Source of the DNA: Nitriliruptoraceae bacterium
GTDB lineage: Bacteria > Actinomycetota > Nitriliruptoria > Nitriliruptorales > Nitriliruptoraceae
Assembly (NCBI GenBank): GCA_003565155.1
Contig: PXDB01000086.1
Span: 536-64,535, forward strand
DNA: 64,000 nucleotides
Direction of reading: 5' to 3'
Below the pieces are notes generated by a model. The model was not told the DNA's origin. It ran no database searches and saw only the letters and a program-made list of their open reading frames with translations. Positions 56,619 to 64,000 of the stretch are shown piece by piece (position 1 is the first letter of the stretch; each line of letters begins with the position of its first letter). The position numbers were made by a program, and so were the translations under genes.

Positions 56619-58001
56619 TCAGTCCGTCGCGGGTTCGAGCCGAGCGGTGAAGTGGCGCAGCCACCTCGGCTGCTCGACGATGCGGTAGCCGGGGATCCGG
56701 TCGGCGCGGGCGGCGACGGCGGCGATCACCTCGGCCACGTAGTCGATGTGGGACTGGGTGTAGGTGCGCCGTGGCAGGGCGAGGCGGACCAGTTCGTGCG
56801 GTGCGACCTCGTCGGCGGCGCCATCCACACCGGGGCGACCGAACATCAGCGTCCCGATCTCCACCCCACGGACCCCGCCCTCGAGGTAGAGCTCGCAGGC
56901 CAGGGCCTGGGCCGGGAGCACGGACTGGGGCAGGTGCGTCAGCAGTGCGCCGGCGTCGAGGTAGACGGCGTGGCCACCCGGCGGGCGAACCGTGGGCACC
57001 CCCGCCTCCCACGACTTCTCGGCGAGGTAGGCGGCGGTGCGGACCCGGTAGCGCAGGTAGTCGGGGTCGGTGACCTCCTCGAGGCCGACCGCCAGGGCGT
57101 CGAGGTCACGGCCGGCGAGACCCCCGTAGGTGGGGAACCCCTCGGTCAGGATGAGGTCGTCCCGGCAGCGGGCCGCCACCTCGGCGTCGTTGAGAGCGAG
57201 GAGTCCACCGATGTTGGCCAGCCCGTCCTTCTTCAGGCTGATCGTGCAACCGTCGGCGAGCCGGAAGGCCTCCTCGGCGATCTCGCGCGGGGTGCGGTGC
57301 TGCTGGCCGTCCTCGCGCTCGTGGACGAACCAGGCGTTCTCCGCGAACCGGCAGGCGTCGAGGATCAGCGGCGTGTCGAAGCGGTCGCACAGGGCACGGA
57401 CGGCGCGCAGGTTCGCAAGGCTGACGGGCTGCCCCCCGCCCGAGTTGTTGGTGATGGTGACCAGGACCAGGGGGACGCGGTCGCCCTCCTGGGCGAGGGT
57501 GCGCTCGAGGGCGTCGAGGTCGATGTTGCCCTTGAAGGGTGCGTCGAGTTGGAGGTCGCGCCCCTCCGGGCAGACGAGGTCGCGGGCCTCGGCGCCCTGG
57601 AACTCCACGTTCGCACGGGTGGTGTCGAAGTGGGTGTTGTTCGGCACCACGTCACGATCGCTGACCATGGCGCCGAACAGGATCCGCTCGGCGGCCCGGC
57701 CCTGGTGGGTCGGGATGATGTGGTCGAAGCCGGTGAGTTCACCGACCACGGCGTGGAAACGCTCGAAGGACCTGGCCCCGGCGTAGGACTCGTCGCCCCG
57801 CATGATCGCGGCCCACTGCTCCGAGGACATCGCGCCCGTGCCGGAGTCGGTGAGCAGGTCGATCAGCACGTCGTCGGCGTCGAGGGTGAACAGGTTGTAG
57901 CCGGCGGCCGCGAGCGCCTGCTCGCGTTCCGCGCGCGTGGTGAAGCGCAGGGGCTCGACCGACTTGATGCGGAAGGGCTCGATGATGGTGCGCTCTGGCA
58001 T
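56619..58001 (-). CDS. tnaA: tryptophanase / beta-eliminating lyase (tyrosine phenol-lyase not excluded)
   Basis: EPFRIKSVEP, DLLTDSGTGAMS, NTHFDTTRAN, and the SLKKDGLANIGG PLP-lysine block. ATG 58001. Confidence 0.85.
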   Translation of the reverse strand: MPERTIIEPFRIKSVEPLRFTTRAEREQALAAAGYNLFTLDADDVLIDLLTDSGTGAMSSEQWAAIMRGDESYAGARSFERFHAVVGELTGFDHIIPTHQGRAAERILFGAMVSDRDVVPNNTHFDTTRANVEFQGAEARDLVCPEGRDLQLDAPFKGNIDLDALERTLAQEGDRVPLVLVTITNNSGGGQPVSLANLRAVRALCDRFDTPLILDACRFAENAWFVHEREDGQQHRTPREIAEEAFRLADGCTISLKKDGLANIGGLLALNDAEVAARCRDDLILTEGFPTYGGLAGRDLDALAVGLEEVTDPDYLRYRVRTAAYLAEKSWEAGVPTVRPPGGHAVYLDAGALLTHLPQSVLPAQALACELYLEGGVRGVEIGTLMFGRPGVDGAADEVAPHELVRLALPRRTYTQSHIDYVAEVIAAVAARADRIPGYRIVEQPRWLRHFTARLEPATD

Positions 58002-58204
58002 GGGCGGTGGCCTTCGGGGCAGGTGCACGCAGCGTAGGTCGGCCCGGCGCACATCCGACCCACCCCCACCCGGGAGCTCTGCAGCGAAAGGACCACGAGA
58101 CGGTCGCACGGCTGCAGACCTTCGCCGCACCGGGTACGGGAAGGCGCTGATCACCACCGGTGGTCCCCCGACGACCTTCGGCCCAACCCCTGCCCAGCAC
58201 GCGC

Positions 58205-58297
58205 GTGGGCCCCGCTGCCGAGCACGGTCATGCCCGTGGCCCCCGCTGCCGAGCACGGTCATGCCCGTGGCCCCCGCTGCCGAGCACGGTCATGCCC
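58205..58297. repeat. 31-bp tandem repeat x3 in the tnaA upstream region
   Basis: gtgg[g/c]ccccgctgccgagcacggtcatgccc three times. The period is not a multiple of 3. Confidence 0.9.
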
Positions 58298-58491
58298 GTC
58301 ATCCCTCGCCAGGACCCCGTGAGAGGTGGACAGCGGGTCGGCGGCGAGACGGCGATCGCGAACCTCCAGCCGTCGTGGTCGTTCACGCCGCGTTCCTCGC
58401 GCTGGTGGCCGAGGTGACCGTGGTGTGCTGTCTGGTCCGCACGAACGCGCGTCGGCAACGCCTGGCACCTCGGCTCCGGGATCGGCAGCTG

Positions 58492-59568
58492 CTAGAAGCA
58501 GGCAGCCGCCAACCACGGGTAGGGGTTGATCGCGGAGCCCCCACCGGGGTGCAGTTCGAAGTGGACGTGCGGCGCTGAGCGCGAGGCGTTGCCGGTGTAG
58601 CCGTTGCGGGCGACCAACTCGCCAGCGGTCACCCGGGCCCCGACCGAGGCGCTCGGATCGATCGAGTCGAGGTGGGCGTAGTAGTAGACGTTGCCATCGT
58701 CGCCGCGCAGGTAGAGCCCGATACCACCCAGCGGGGACTGCGAGTGCCGCTGGATCGTGCCCGACGTGATGGCGTAGACGGGCGCCCGATAGGCCGCGAA
58801 CACGTCGGTCCCCCGGTGGCGACGCCCACCGCTGCGGGGTGCACCCCAGGTGTCGCGGAACCGGAACACACCCTGGTCGAAGATGCAGGAGTAGATGCCC
58901 TGTTGGGGTCCACGGTCGATCCGACGCTGGCGCGACACCAGGGAGCGGATCTCCTCCGCCTCCGCGGCAGCCTCGTCGAGGTCGGCCTGCAGCGCCGCGG
59001 CATCGGCCTCGAGATCCTCCTGAAGCGACACCAGTTCCGCCTCACGGGCACCGATCAGCGCTTCGGTCTGCCGCAGGGCGACCTGGGCAGCGTCCGCAAC
59101 CTCAACGCCGACCCGGTCACGGCGTTGCAGCGCGTCGAGCAGCGCCACGCGCTCCAAGGCGACCTGCGGGCCGGCCGAGGAGAACAGCACCTCGATGGAC
59201 TCCAGAGGACCCCGCTTGAAGGCGGTCCGGGCCCGGTTCTCCAACGCCTCGAGGGTGTCCTCCACCTCGGCTTCCAGGTCGTGGGCTTCACGCTCCAGGT
59301 CGGCGAGTTCCTCGCGGGTCGCCTCGATCCTGGCCCAGGTCGACTCGTAGCGGTCGACGGCGGCGTCGCGCTCCACCGTCAGGTCGTCGACGCGTTCCTC
59401 GGCCTCGTCGAGATCGTCAAGGGTCGTCGCCTCGGAAGCGGGCGGTCCGGACGCCGGCAGCACAGCCCCGATCTCCGGTAGCAGCAGGGTGGCCGCGACC
59501 ACACCGGCGAGCAGCGTGGACGACCCGCGACCGCGGACGACGGCGGGCAGCACGCTGCTCCCACTCAT
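58492..59568 (-). CDS. M23-family metallopeptidase with N-terminal coiled coil
   Basis: Signal/anchor, a long Glu/Ala/Leu heptad-like region, HRGTDVFA and PHVHFELH zinc motifs. GGAGAGGGAG upstream of the ATG. Confidence 0.85.
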   Translation of the reverse strand: MSGSSVLPAVVRGRGSSTLLAGVVAATLLLPEIGAVLPASGPPASEATTLDDLDEAEERVDDLTVERDAAVDRYESTWARIEATREELADLEREAHDLEAEVEDTLEALENRARTAFKRGPLESIEVLFSSAGPQVALERVALLDALQRRDRVGVEVADAAQVALRQTEALIGAREAELVSLQEDLEADAAALQADLDEAAAEAEEIRSLVSRQRRIDRGPQQGIYSCIFDQGVFRFRDTWGAPRSGGRRHRGTDVFAAYRAPVYAITSGTIQRHSQSPLGGIGLYLRGDDGNVYYYAHLDSIDPSASVGARVTAGELVARNGYTGNASRSAPHVHFELHPGGGSAINPYPWLAAACF

Positions 59569-59979
59569 CGATCTCCCTCTCCGAAGCCGGGGGGTCCGTG
59601 GCTGCCGCTCGCCTGGTCACCCTTCGAGGTCGGCGACCCCACGCTAACCACGGCACGTGGTCGCTGCCACCGAGCAGGCCGTGCGGCGAGCAGCACGGTC
59701 GACCGGGAAGGCCGCGCACAGCACCCCGCCAGCACCGGGGTTTGCAGCCGATCGACCTCGTGACGGTCGCTTCGCTGCGAACCCCCGTCGGTGGCCATCG
59801 AGCGCGCCTGAGCCCTGCGGCCGCACGACCGCACGACGGTCCCTGCTCTGGAGACACTCGCGTCGACGGACACCCACGTGCAGCGTCCGACCGGGGTTGC
59901 CAAGGCCCTTGCAGCTACCCTTCGGCGGTACTGCGGAGCGCGCCGGGAGGGCCTCTCGGCCCGGACGGGAGAGCACGTC

Positions 59980-62133
59980 GTGACCGGCACGGACCGCGCC
60001 ACCAACGGCCCTGACGCACAGCGGGACGCACACCGGACCGCCCCTGACGCACAGCGGGACGCACACCGGACCGCTCCTGGCGACCGGCCACGCACGGGGC
60101 ACGACGCCCCGCCGGAGACCGGCAGCGCCGGCCTGCTCGCCGAGCCCGACCGCCCCTGGCTGATGCGCACCTACTCCGGTCACTCCTCCGCGCAGGCCTC
60201 CAACGAGCTCTACCGCTCCAACCTCGCCAAGGGGCAGACGGGGCTCAGCGTCGCCTTCGACCTGCCCACCCAGACCGGCTACGACGCCGACCACATCCTG
60301 GCCCGCGGCGAGGTCGGCAAGGTCGGCGTGCCCATCAGCCACCTCGGCGACATGCGCCAGCTGTTCGACCAGATCCCGCTGGAGCGGATGAACACCTCGA
60401 TGACCATCAACGCCACCGCGATGTGGCTGCTGTCGCTCTACATCGCGGTCGCCGAGGAGCAGGGTGCCGACACCAGCCAGCTGGCAGGGACCACCCAGAA
60501 CGACATCCTCAAGGAGTACCTCTCCCGCGGCACCTACGCCTTCCCGCCCGAACCCTCGATGCGGCTGACCACCGACGTCATCGCGCACACGGTCACCCAC
60601 GTGCCGAGGTGGAACCCGATCAACATCTGCAGCTACCACCTGCAGGAAGCGGGGGCGACCCCGGTGCAGGAGCTGGCCTTCGCCCTGGCCAACGCGATCG
60701 CCGTGCTCGACGCGGTACGTGAGCGCGGGCAGGTGCCGGAGGAGGAGTTCGGCAAGGTCGTCGCCCGCATCTCCTTCTTCGTCAACGCCGGCATCCGGTT
60801 CATCGAGGAGGTCGCGAAGATGCGCGCCTTCGTCGAGCTGTGGGACCGGATCGTCACCGAGCGCTACGGCGTCACCGACGCCAAGCAGAAGCGCTTCCGC
60901 TACGGCGTGCAGGTCAACTCCCTCGGCCTCACGGAGCAGCAGCCGGAGAACAACATCACGCGCATCCTGATCGAGATGCTCGGGGTGACCCTGTCCCGCG
61001 ACGCTCGCGCCCGGGCCGTGCAGCTCCCGGCGTGGAACGAGGCGCTCGGCCTGCCCCGCCCCTGGGACCAGCAGCTCTCCCTCAGGATGCAGCAGGTGCT
61101 GGCGCTGGAGACCGACCTGCTGGAGAACGGGGACCTGTTCGCCGGCAGTCACGTGATGGAGGCCAAGGTCGCTGCGCTGGTCGACGGCGCCACGGAGCTC
61201 CTCGACGAGGTGCTGGCCCGCGGCGGCGCGATGCAGGCCGTGCCCTTCATGAAGGCGGAACTGGTCGCCTCCAACGCCGAGCGGCTGCGCGCCATCGAGA
61301 CCGGCGAGCGCACCGTGGTCGGTGTCAACGCGCACACCACCGCGGAACCGTCACCGCTCATCGACGCCGACGGCGGCTTCCTCAAGGTCGACCCGGCGGC
61401 CGAGGCCGCCCAGCTCGACCGGCTCGAGTCGTGGCGCGCCCAGCGGGACGACGCCGAGGTGGCAGGCGCCCTCGAGGAGCTGCGCCGTGCGGCGACCACG
61501 GACGAGAACCTGATGCCGGCCTCGATCGCGTGCGCGAAGGCAGGGGTGACCACCGGGGAGTGGTCCGAGGTGCTGCGGGAGACCTTCGGTCAGTACCGCG
61601 GCCCCACGGGGGTTGGCGAGGCGTCGGTGCCCCCCGGAGGCGGTGCGGGTACCGGCGGCGGGACCGGCGCTGCGGGCACGCTGGAGGCCGGGCGGCAGCG
61701 GGTGCGTGCCGTCGAAGCGCGCATCGGCCGACGCCTGCGGATCCTGGTGGGCAAGCCCGGCCTGGACGGCCACTCCAACGGCGCCGAGCAGGTCGCGATC
61801 CGCGCCCGCGACCTGGGCATGGAGGTGATCTACGAGGGCATCCGGCTCACCCCAGCCCAGATCGTGCGCGCTGCGGTCGACGAGGACGTGCACGTGGTCG
61901 GGCTGTCCATCCTGTCCGGCTCGCACCTCGCCCTCGTACCGCAGGTGGTGGAGGGGCTGCGCGCCGAGGGAGCGGACATCCCTGTGGTCGTCGGGGGGAT
62001 CATCCCGACCACCGACGCCGAGCAGCTGCGCGCCCAGGGCATCGCGGCGGTGTTCACCCCGAAGGATTTCGCCCTGACCGACATCCTCGTCGAGGTGGCG
62101 GAGCTGGTCGGCCGCAGCCCGCAGCCGGCCTGA
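59980..62133 (+). CDS. meaA: fused B12-dependent acyl-CoA mutase, MeaA/ethylmalonyl-CoA mutase type
   Basis: RPWLMRTYSGHSSA, GQTGLSVAFDLPTQTGYD, and the C-terminal cobalamin domain GKPGLDGHSNG (DxHxxG). GTG 59980 (GGGAGAG upstream) is the first plausible start ahead of the conserved RPW block. Confidence 0.8.
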   Translation: MTGTDRATNGPDAQRDAHRTAPDAQRDAHRTAPGDRPRTGHDAPPETGSAGLLAEPDRPWLMRTYSGHSSAQASNELYRSNLAKGQTGLSVAFDLPTQTGYDADHILARGEVGKVGVPISHLGDMRQLFDQIPLERMNTSMTINATAMWLLSLYIAVAEEQGADTSQLAGTTQNDILKEYLSRGTYAFPPEPSMRLTTDVIAHTVTHVPRWNPINICSYHLQEAGATPVQELAFALANAIAVLDAVRERGQVPEEEFGKVVARISFFVNAGIRFIEEVAKMRAFVELWDRIVTERYGVTDAKQKRFRYGVQVNSLGLTEQQPENNITRILIEMLGVTLSRDARARAVQLPAWNEALGLPRPWDQQLSLRMQQVLALETDLLENGDLFAGSHVMEAKVAALVDGATELLDEVLARGGAMQAVPFMKAELVASNAERLRAIETGERTVVGVNAHTTAEPSPLIDADGGFLKVDPAAEAAQLDRLESWRAQRDDAEVAGALEELRRAATTDENLMPASIACAKAGVTTGEWSEVLRETFGQYRGPTGVGEASVPPGGGAGTGGGTGAAGTLEAGRQRVRAVEARIGRRLRILVGKPGLDGHSNGAEQVAIRARDLGMEVIYEGIRLTPAQIVRAAVDEDVHVVGLSILSGSHLALVPQVVEGLRAEGADIPVVVGGIIPTTDAEQLRAQGIAAVFTPKDFALTDILVEVAELVGRSPQPA
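60010..60075 (+). repeat. in-frame 33-bp tandem duplication in the meaA 5' region
   Basis: cctgacgcacagcgggacgcacaccggaccgc[c/t] x2, encoding PDAQRDAHRTA twice. Confidence 0.9.
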
Positions 62134-62151
62134 CGACGGATCGCGGGCGCC

Positions 62152-63135
62152 TCACACCTGGGCGGTGCCGAAACCGCGGAACCCGCGGTCCAGGATGTCG
62201 TCCGCGAACCGCGTCACCTCGGCGTCCACGTCGGTGGGCAGCTCCTCCTCGAGCGCGCGGGCGAAGGCGTCGGCGGTCGCGTTGATGTCGACGGTGAAGC
62301 CCCGTTCGCGCTGTTCGAGCACCACCAACGGGTCCTCCTCGACAGCCGCCATGAAGGCCTCCCACGAGTCGAGGTGGACGACGTAGCGCGCGCGGACCTC
62401 GTCGGCGGCGTCGTCGTCGACCGTGCCCGCGAGCCGTTCGCGCACCTCCAGCAGTTGCTCGCGCCGTTCGGTGGCCACCTCGCTGGCGGCGGTCAGTGCG
62501 TCCTCCGGCACGCCGGGTGCCGCGAACGCCTGGCTGAGGTCCTCCTGGAACGCGATCATCGCCCGTTCGGAGGCGTCGATGTCGAGCAGCAGCTGGCCCC
62601 ACAGCAGGTCCGGCCCGGTCAGCGGGTCAGGGTCGAGGGGTGCCACCTCGGCGTCGCTGTCGCCGTTGTCCGCACCGTCCGTCCCGTCGTCTGGGTCGGG
62701 GTCGACGTCCTCACCGGCACCGGGGTCGCCGTCGGGCGCCGCGTCGCGATCCGCGGGGTCGCCATCACCGTCGTCGTCCGGCGGCCGATCACCGGGTGCC
62801 GCCTCGTCACCGTCGTCAGCACGCGTGTCCTCCGCCACCGCATCGGCCGCGTCGTCGTCGAGCTGGCTGAGCAGGTAGATGCCGGCGGGGATCGCGAGCA
62901 GGACCGCCACGAGGGCGAGTCGGAGCGGCCAGCGACGCCGTCGCGGAGGCGTCTGCCCGTCCCCGACGTCGGTCGACGCGGCCGTGTCGCCGGCTGACGG
63001 CGACACCCCGCTGGATGGCTGCGGTGGCAGCGCGCCGCCGGCAGCGGAGGACGGCGCACCGCCTGCCGGCGGCGGCGGCGGAGGTCCATCCTCGGCAGGG
63101 GGAGGAGGCGGCGGGCCTGGCGGTCCTTGGTCCAC
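62152..63135 (-). CDS. hypothetical single-pass membrane protein (Pro-rich N-terminus, acidic linker)
   Basis: GTG 63135 with GGGGAGG 6 nt upstream. TM LALVAVLLAIPAGIYLL. Asp/Pro/Gly-rich linker. C-terminal ~150-aa helical domain. Confidence 0.6.
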   Translation of the reverse strand: MDQGPPGPPPPPPAEDGPPPPPPAGGAPSSAAGGALPPQPSSGVSPSAGDTAASTDVGDGQTPPRRRRWPLRLALVAVLLAIPAGIYLLSQLDDDAADAVAEDTRADDGDEAAPGDRPPDDDGDGDPADRDAAPDGDPGAGEDVDPDPDDGTDGADNGDSDAEVAPLDPDPLTGPDLLWGQLLLDIDASERAMIAFQEDLSQAFAAPGVPEDALTAASEVATERREQLLEVRERLAGTVDDDAADEVRARYVVHLDSWEAFMAAVEEDPLVVLEQRERGFTVDINATADAFARALEEELPTDVDAEVTRFADDILDRGFRGFGTAQV

Positions 63136-63211
63136 CTGCGGCCTCCCCAACCCGACGGATCGCCCTCCACCCTACCGGTAGCCGTGACGACGCCGTCTGC
63201 GATCTGCGAGC

Positions 63212-64000
63212 TCAGTCCGCCCCGCTGATCGGATAGCCCTCGGCCTCCAGTGTCCTGGCCAGGTCGGCGACGTGCTCGCGGCCGCGGGTCTCGAGCTCCA
63301 GCACCACCTCGACCTGGCCAAGCTCCAACCGGTGCTCGAGCCGGTGGTGGGCCACCCCGACCACGTTGGCCCGCTGCGCGGCCACCAGCGCGAGCAGCCG
63401 CGACAGCGCGCCGGGGGTGTCGTTGACCCGCGTGCGCAGCGTCGCGTACCGGCCCACGGATGCGAGCCCACCGGTCACCAGATGCTGGAGCACCAGGGGA
63501 TCGATGTTGCCACCCGACAGCGTGGCCACGATCGGCCCCTGCCCCGTGATCCGGCCAGCCAGCAGCGCCGCAACCGCGGCGGCGCCTGCCGGCTCGACCA
63601 CGAGCTTGGCGCGCTCGAGCAACAGGACCACGGCGCTGGCCATCTCGTCGTCGCTGACGGTGACCACGTCGTCGACCAGGGCCCGCACGTGGGCCAGGGT
63701 CAACTCGCCGGGTCGCTTCACCGCGATGCCATCGGCGATGGTCGAGGTGGCCGGCAGCGCCAGGGGCCGGCCCGCATCCAACGACGGCGTGAAGGAGGCG
63801 CACCCGGCGGCCTGGACCCCGACGATGCGCACGTCAGGACGCAGCGCGCGCAGCGCCACGGCCACACCCGACAGCAACCCGCCGCCACCGAGGCACACCA
63901 CCACCGTCGCGAAGCTCGGGACCTGCTCGATCAGCTCGAGGCCCAGCGTCCCCTGCCCCGCGATCACGTCCGGGTGGTCGAAGGGGTGCACGAAGACTGC
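63212..64000 (-). CDS. ilvA: threonine ammonia-lyase, C-terminal part (N-terminus beyond window end)
   Basis: HPFDHPDVIAGQGT, VCLGGGGLLSG, SGGNID, and a C-terminal ACT-like regulatory domain. Confidence 0.85.
   Translation of the reverse strand, partial: AVFVHPFDHPDVIAGQGTLGLELIEQVPSFATVVVCLGGGGLLSGVAVALRALRPDVRIVGVQAAGCASFTPSLDAGRPLALPATSTIADGIAVKRPGELTLAHVRALVDDVVTVSDDEMASAVVLLLERAKLVVEPAGAAAVAALLAGRITGQGPIVATLSGGNIDPLVLQHLVTGGLASVGRYATLRTRVNDTPGALSRLLALVAAQRANVVGVAHHRLEHRLELGQVEVVLELETRGREHVADLARTLEAEGYPISGAD

Noticed and set aside
56632-56641. A tRNA T-arm-like string (gggttcgagc).
   Set aside because: It lies inside the tnaA coding frame (ARLEPATD). There is no acceptor/anticodon arm context. 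No tRNA or rRNA was detected anywhere in the window by eye.
58002-58491. A tnaC-like leader peptide upstream of tryptophanase.
   Set aside because: The only short ORFs are the repeat-encoded MTVLGSGGHGHDRARQRGPRA-type peptides. They lack a conserved Trp/Pro stalling context and arise from a 31-bp (non-triplet) repeat.
59569-59979. A c-di-AMP (ydaO-type) riboswitch in the long 5' region of the M23 peptidase gene, a classic actinobacterial context.
   Set aside because: Reading the minus strand, I find only loose resemblances (ACGGGGG, GGCGGGGUG, CCGACCUCGAAGG). The highly conserved GGGGUGAAUC and AGCUAACCUCG blocks are not present intact. A cmsearch with the Rfam ydaO-yuaA model would settle it.

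Overview
This is a 64-kb, very GC-rich (G+C not computed), gene-dense chromosomal segment that looks like a core region of an Actinomycetota genome. I saw no transposase, integrase, phage gene, CRISPR array, tRNA or rRNA. About 64 CDS are supportable, mostly on the minus strand in tightly packed, often translationally coupled strings. Recognisable blocks:
- murI and leuCD
- an ALDH / enolase-superfamily / Zn-ADH operon
- a GNAT-fold gene next to an OSBS/NSAR (menC-family) gene, then lgt
- an EAL protein next to a three-gene copper module (cupredoxin/beta-helix lipoprotein, small membrane protein, Tat multicopper oxidase)
- a 2-oxoacid dehydrogenase operon (E1a-E1b-E2-Lpd)
- an 8-gene FAS-II/lipid operon (fabD-fabH-fabG-acpP-fabF-plsC-acpS-fabI)
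- kynureninase and serA
- a string of truncated haemoglobin, GNAT, ABC-2 exporter and dGTPase-like genes
- malyl-CoA lyase-type genes (two CitE-like plus MaoC)
- three tandem PlsC-like acyltransferases
- an AGXT-type aminotransferase, tryptophanase, an M23 peptidase, meaA/ecm-type B12 mutase, and a partial ilvA

The ORF track takes the first ATG/GTG/TTG after a stop. Many N-termini were therefore shortened to the start that fits family N-termini, Shine-Dalgarno motifs or stop/start overlaps. Long Arg/Pro/Gly-rich antisense ORFs are treated as high-GC artefacts.

The non-genic signal is unusual in two ways. There are many exact short tandem duplications (11-43 bp) in intergenic DNA and at gene ends. 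There is also a dispersed family of about 30-bp palindromes.

No complete, clearly novel system can be proven from sequence alone. The best candidates are the copper module, the PlsC triplet, the operator-like palindrome between fabD and kynU, and the repeat families.

Limits:
- No searches or statistics were run.
- Product calls rest on motifs I recognise.
- Hand-indexed coordinates of non-CDS features may be off by 1-2 nt.
- Near 42.70 kb my hand count of the printed sequence differed by 1 nt from the ORF track, and I followed the track frames.
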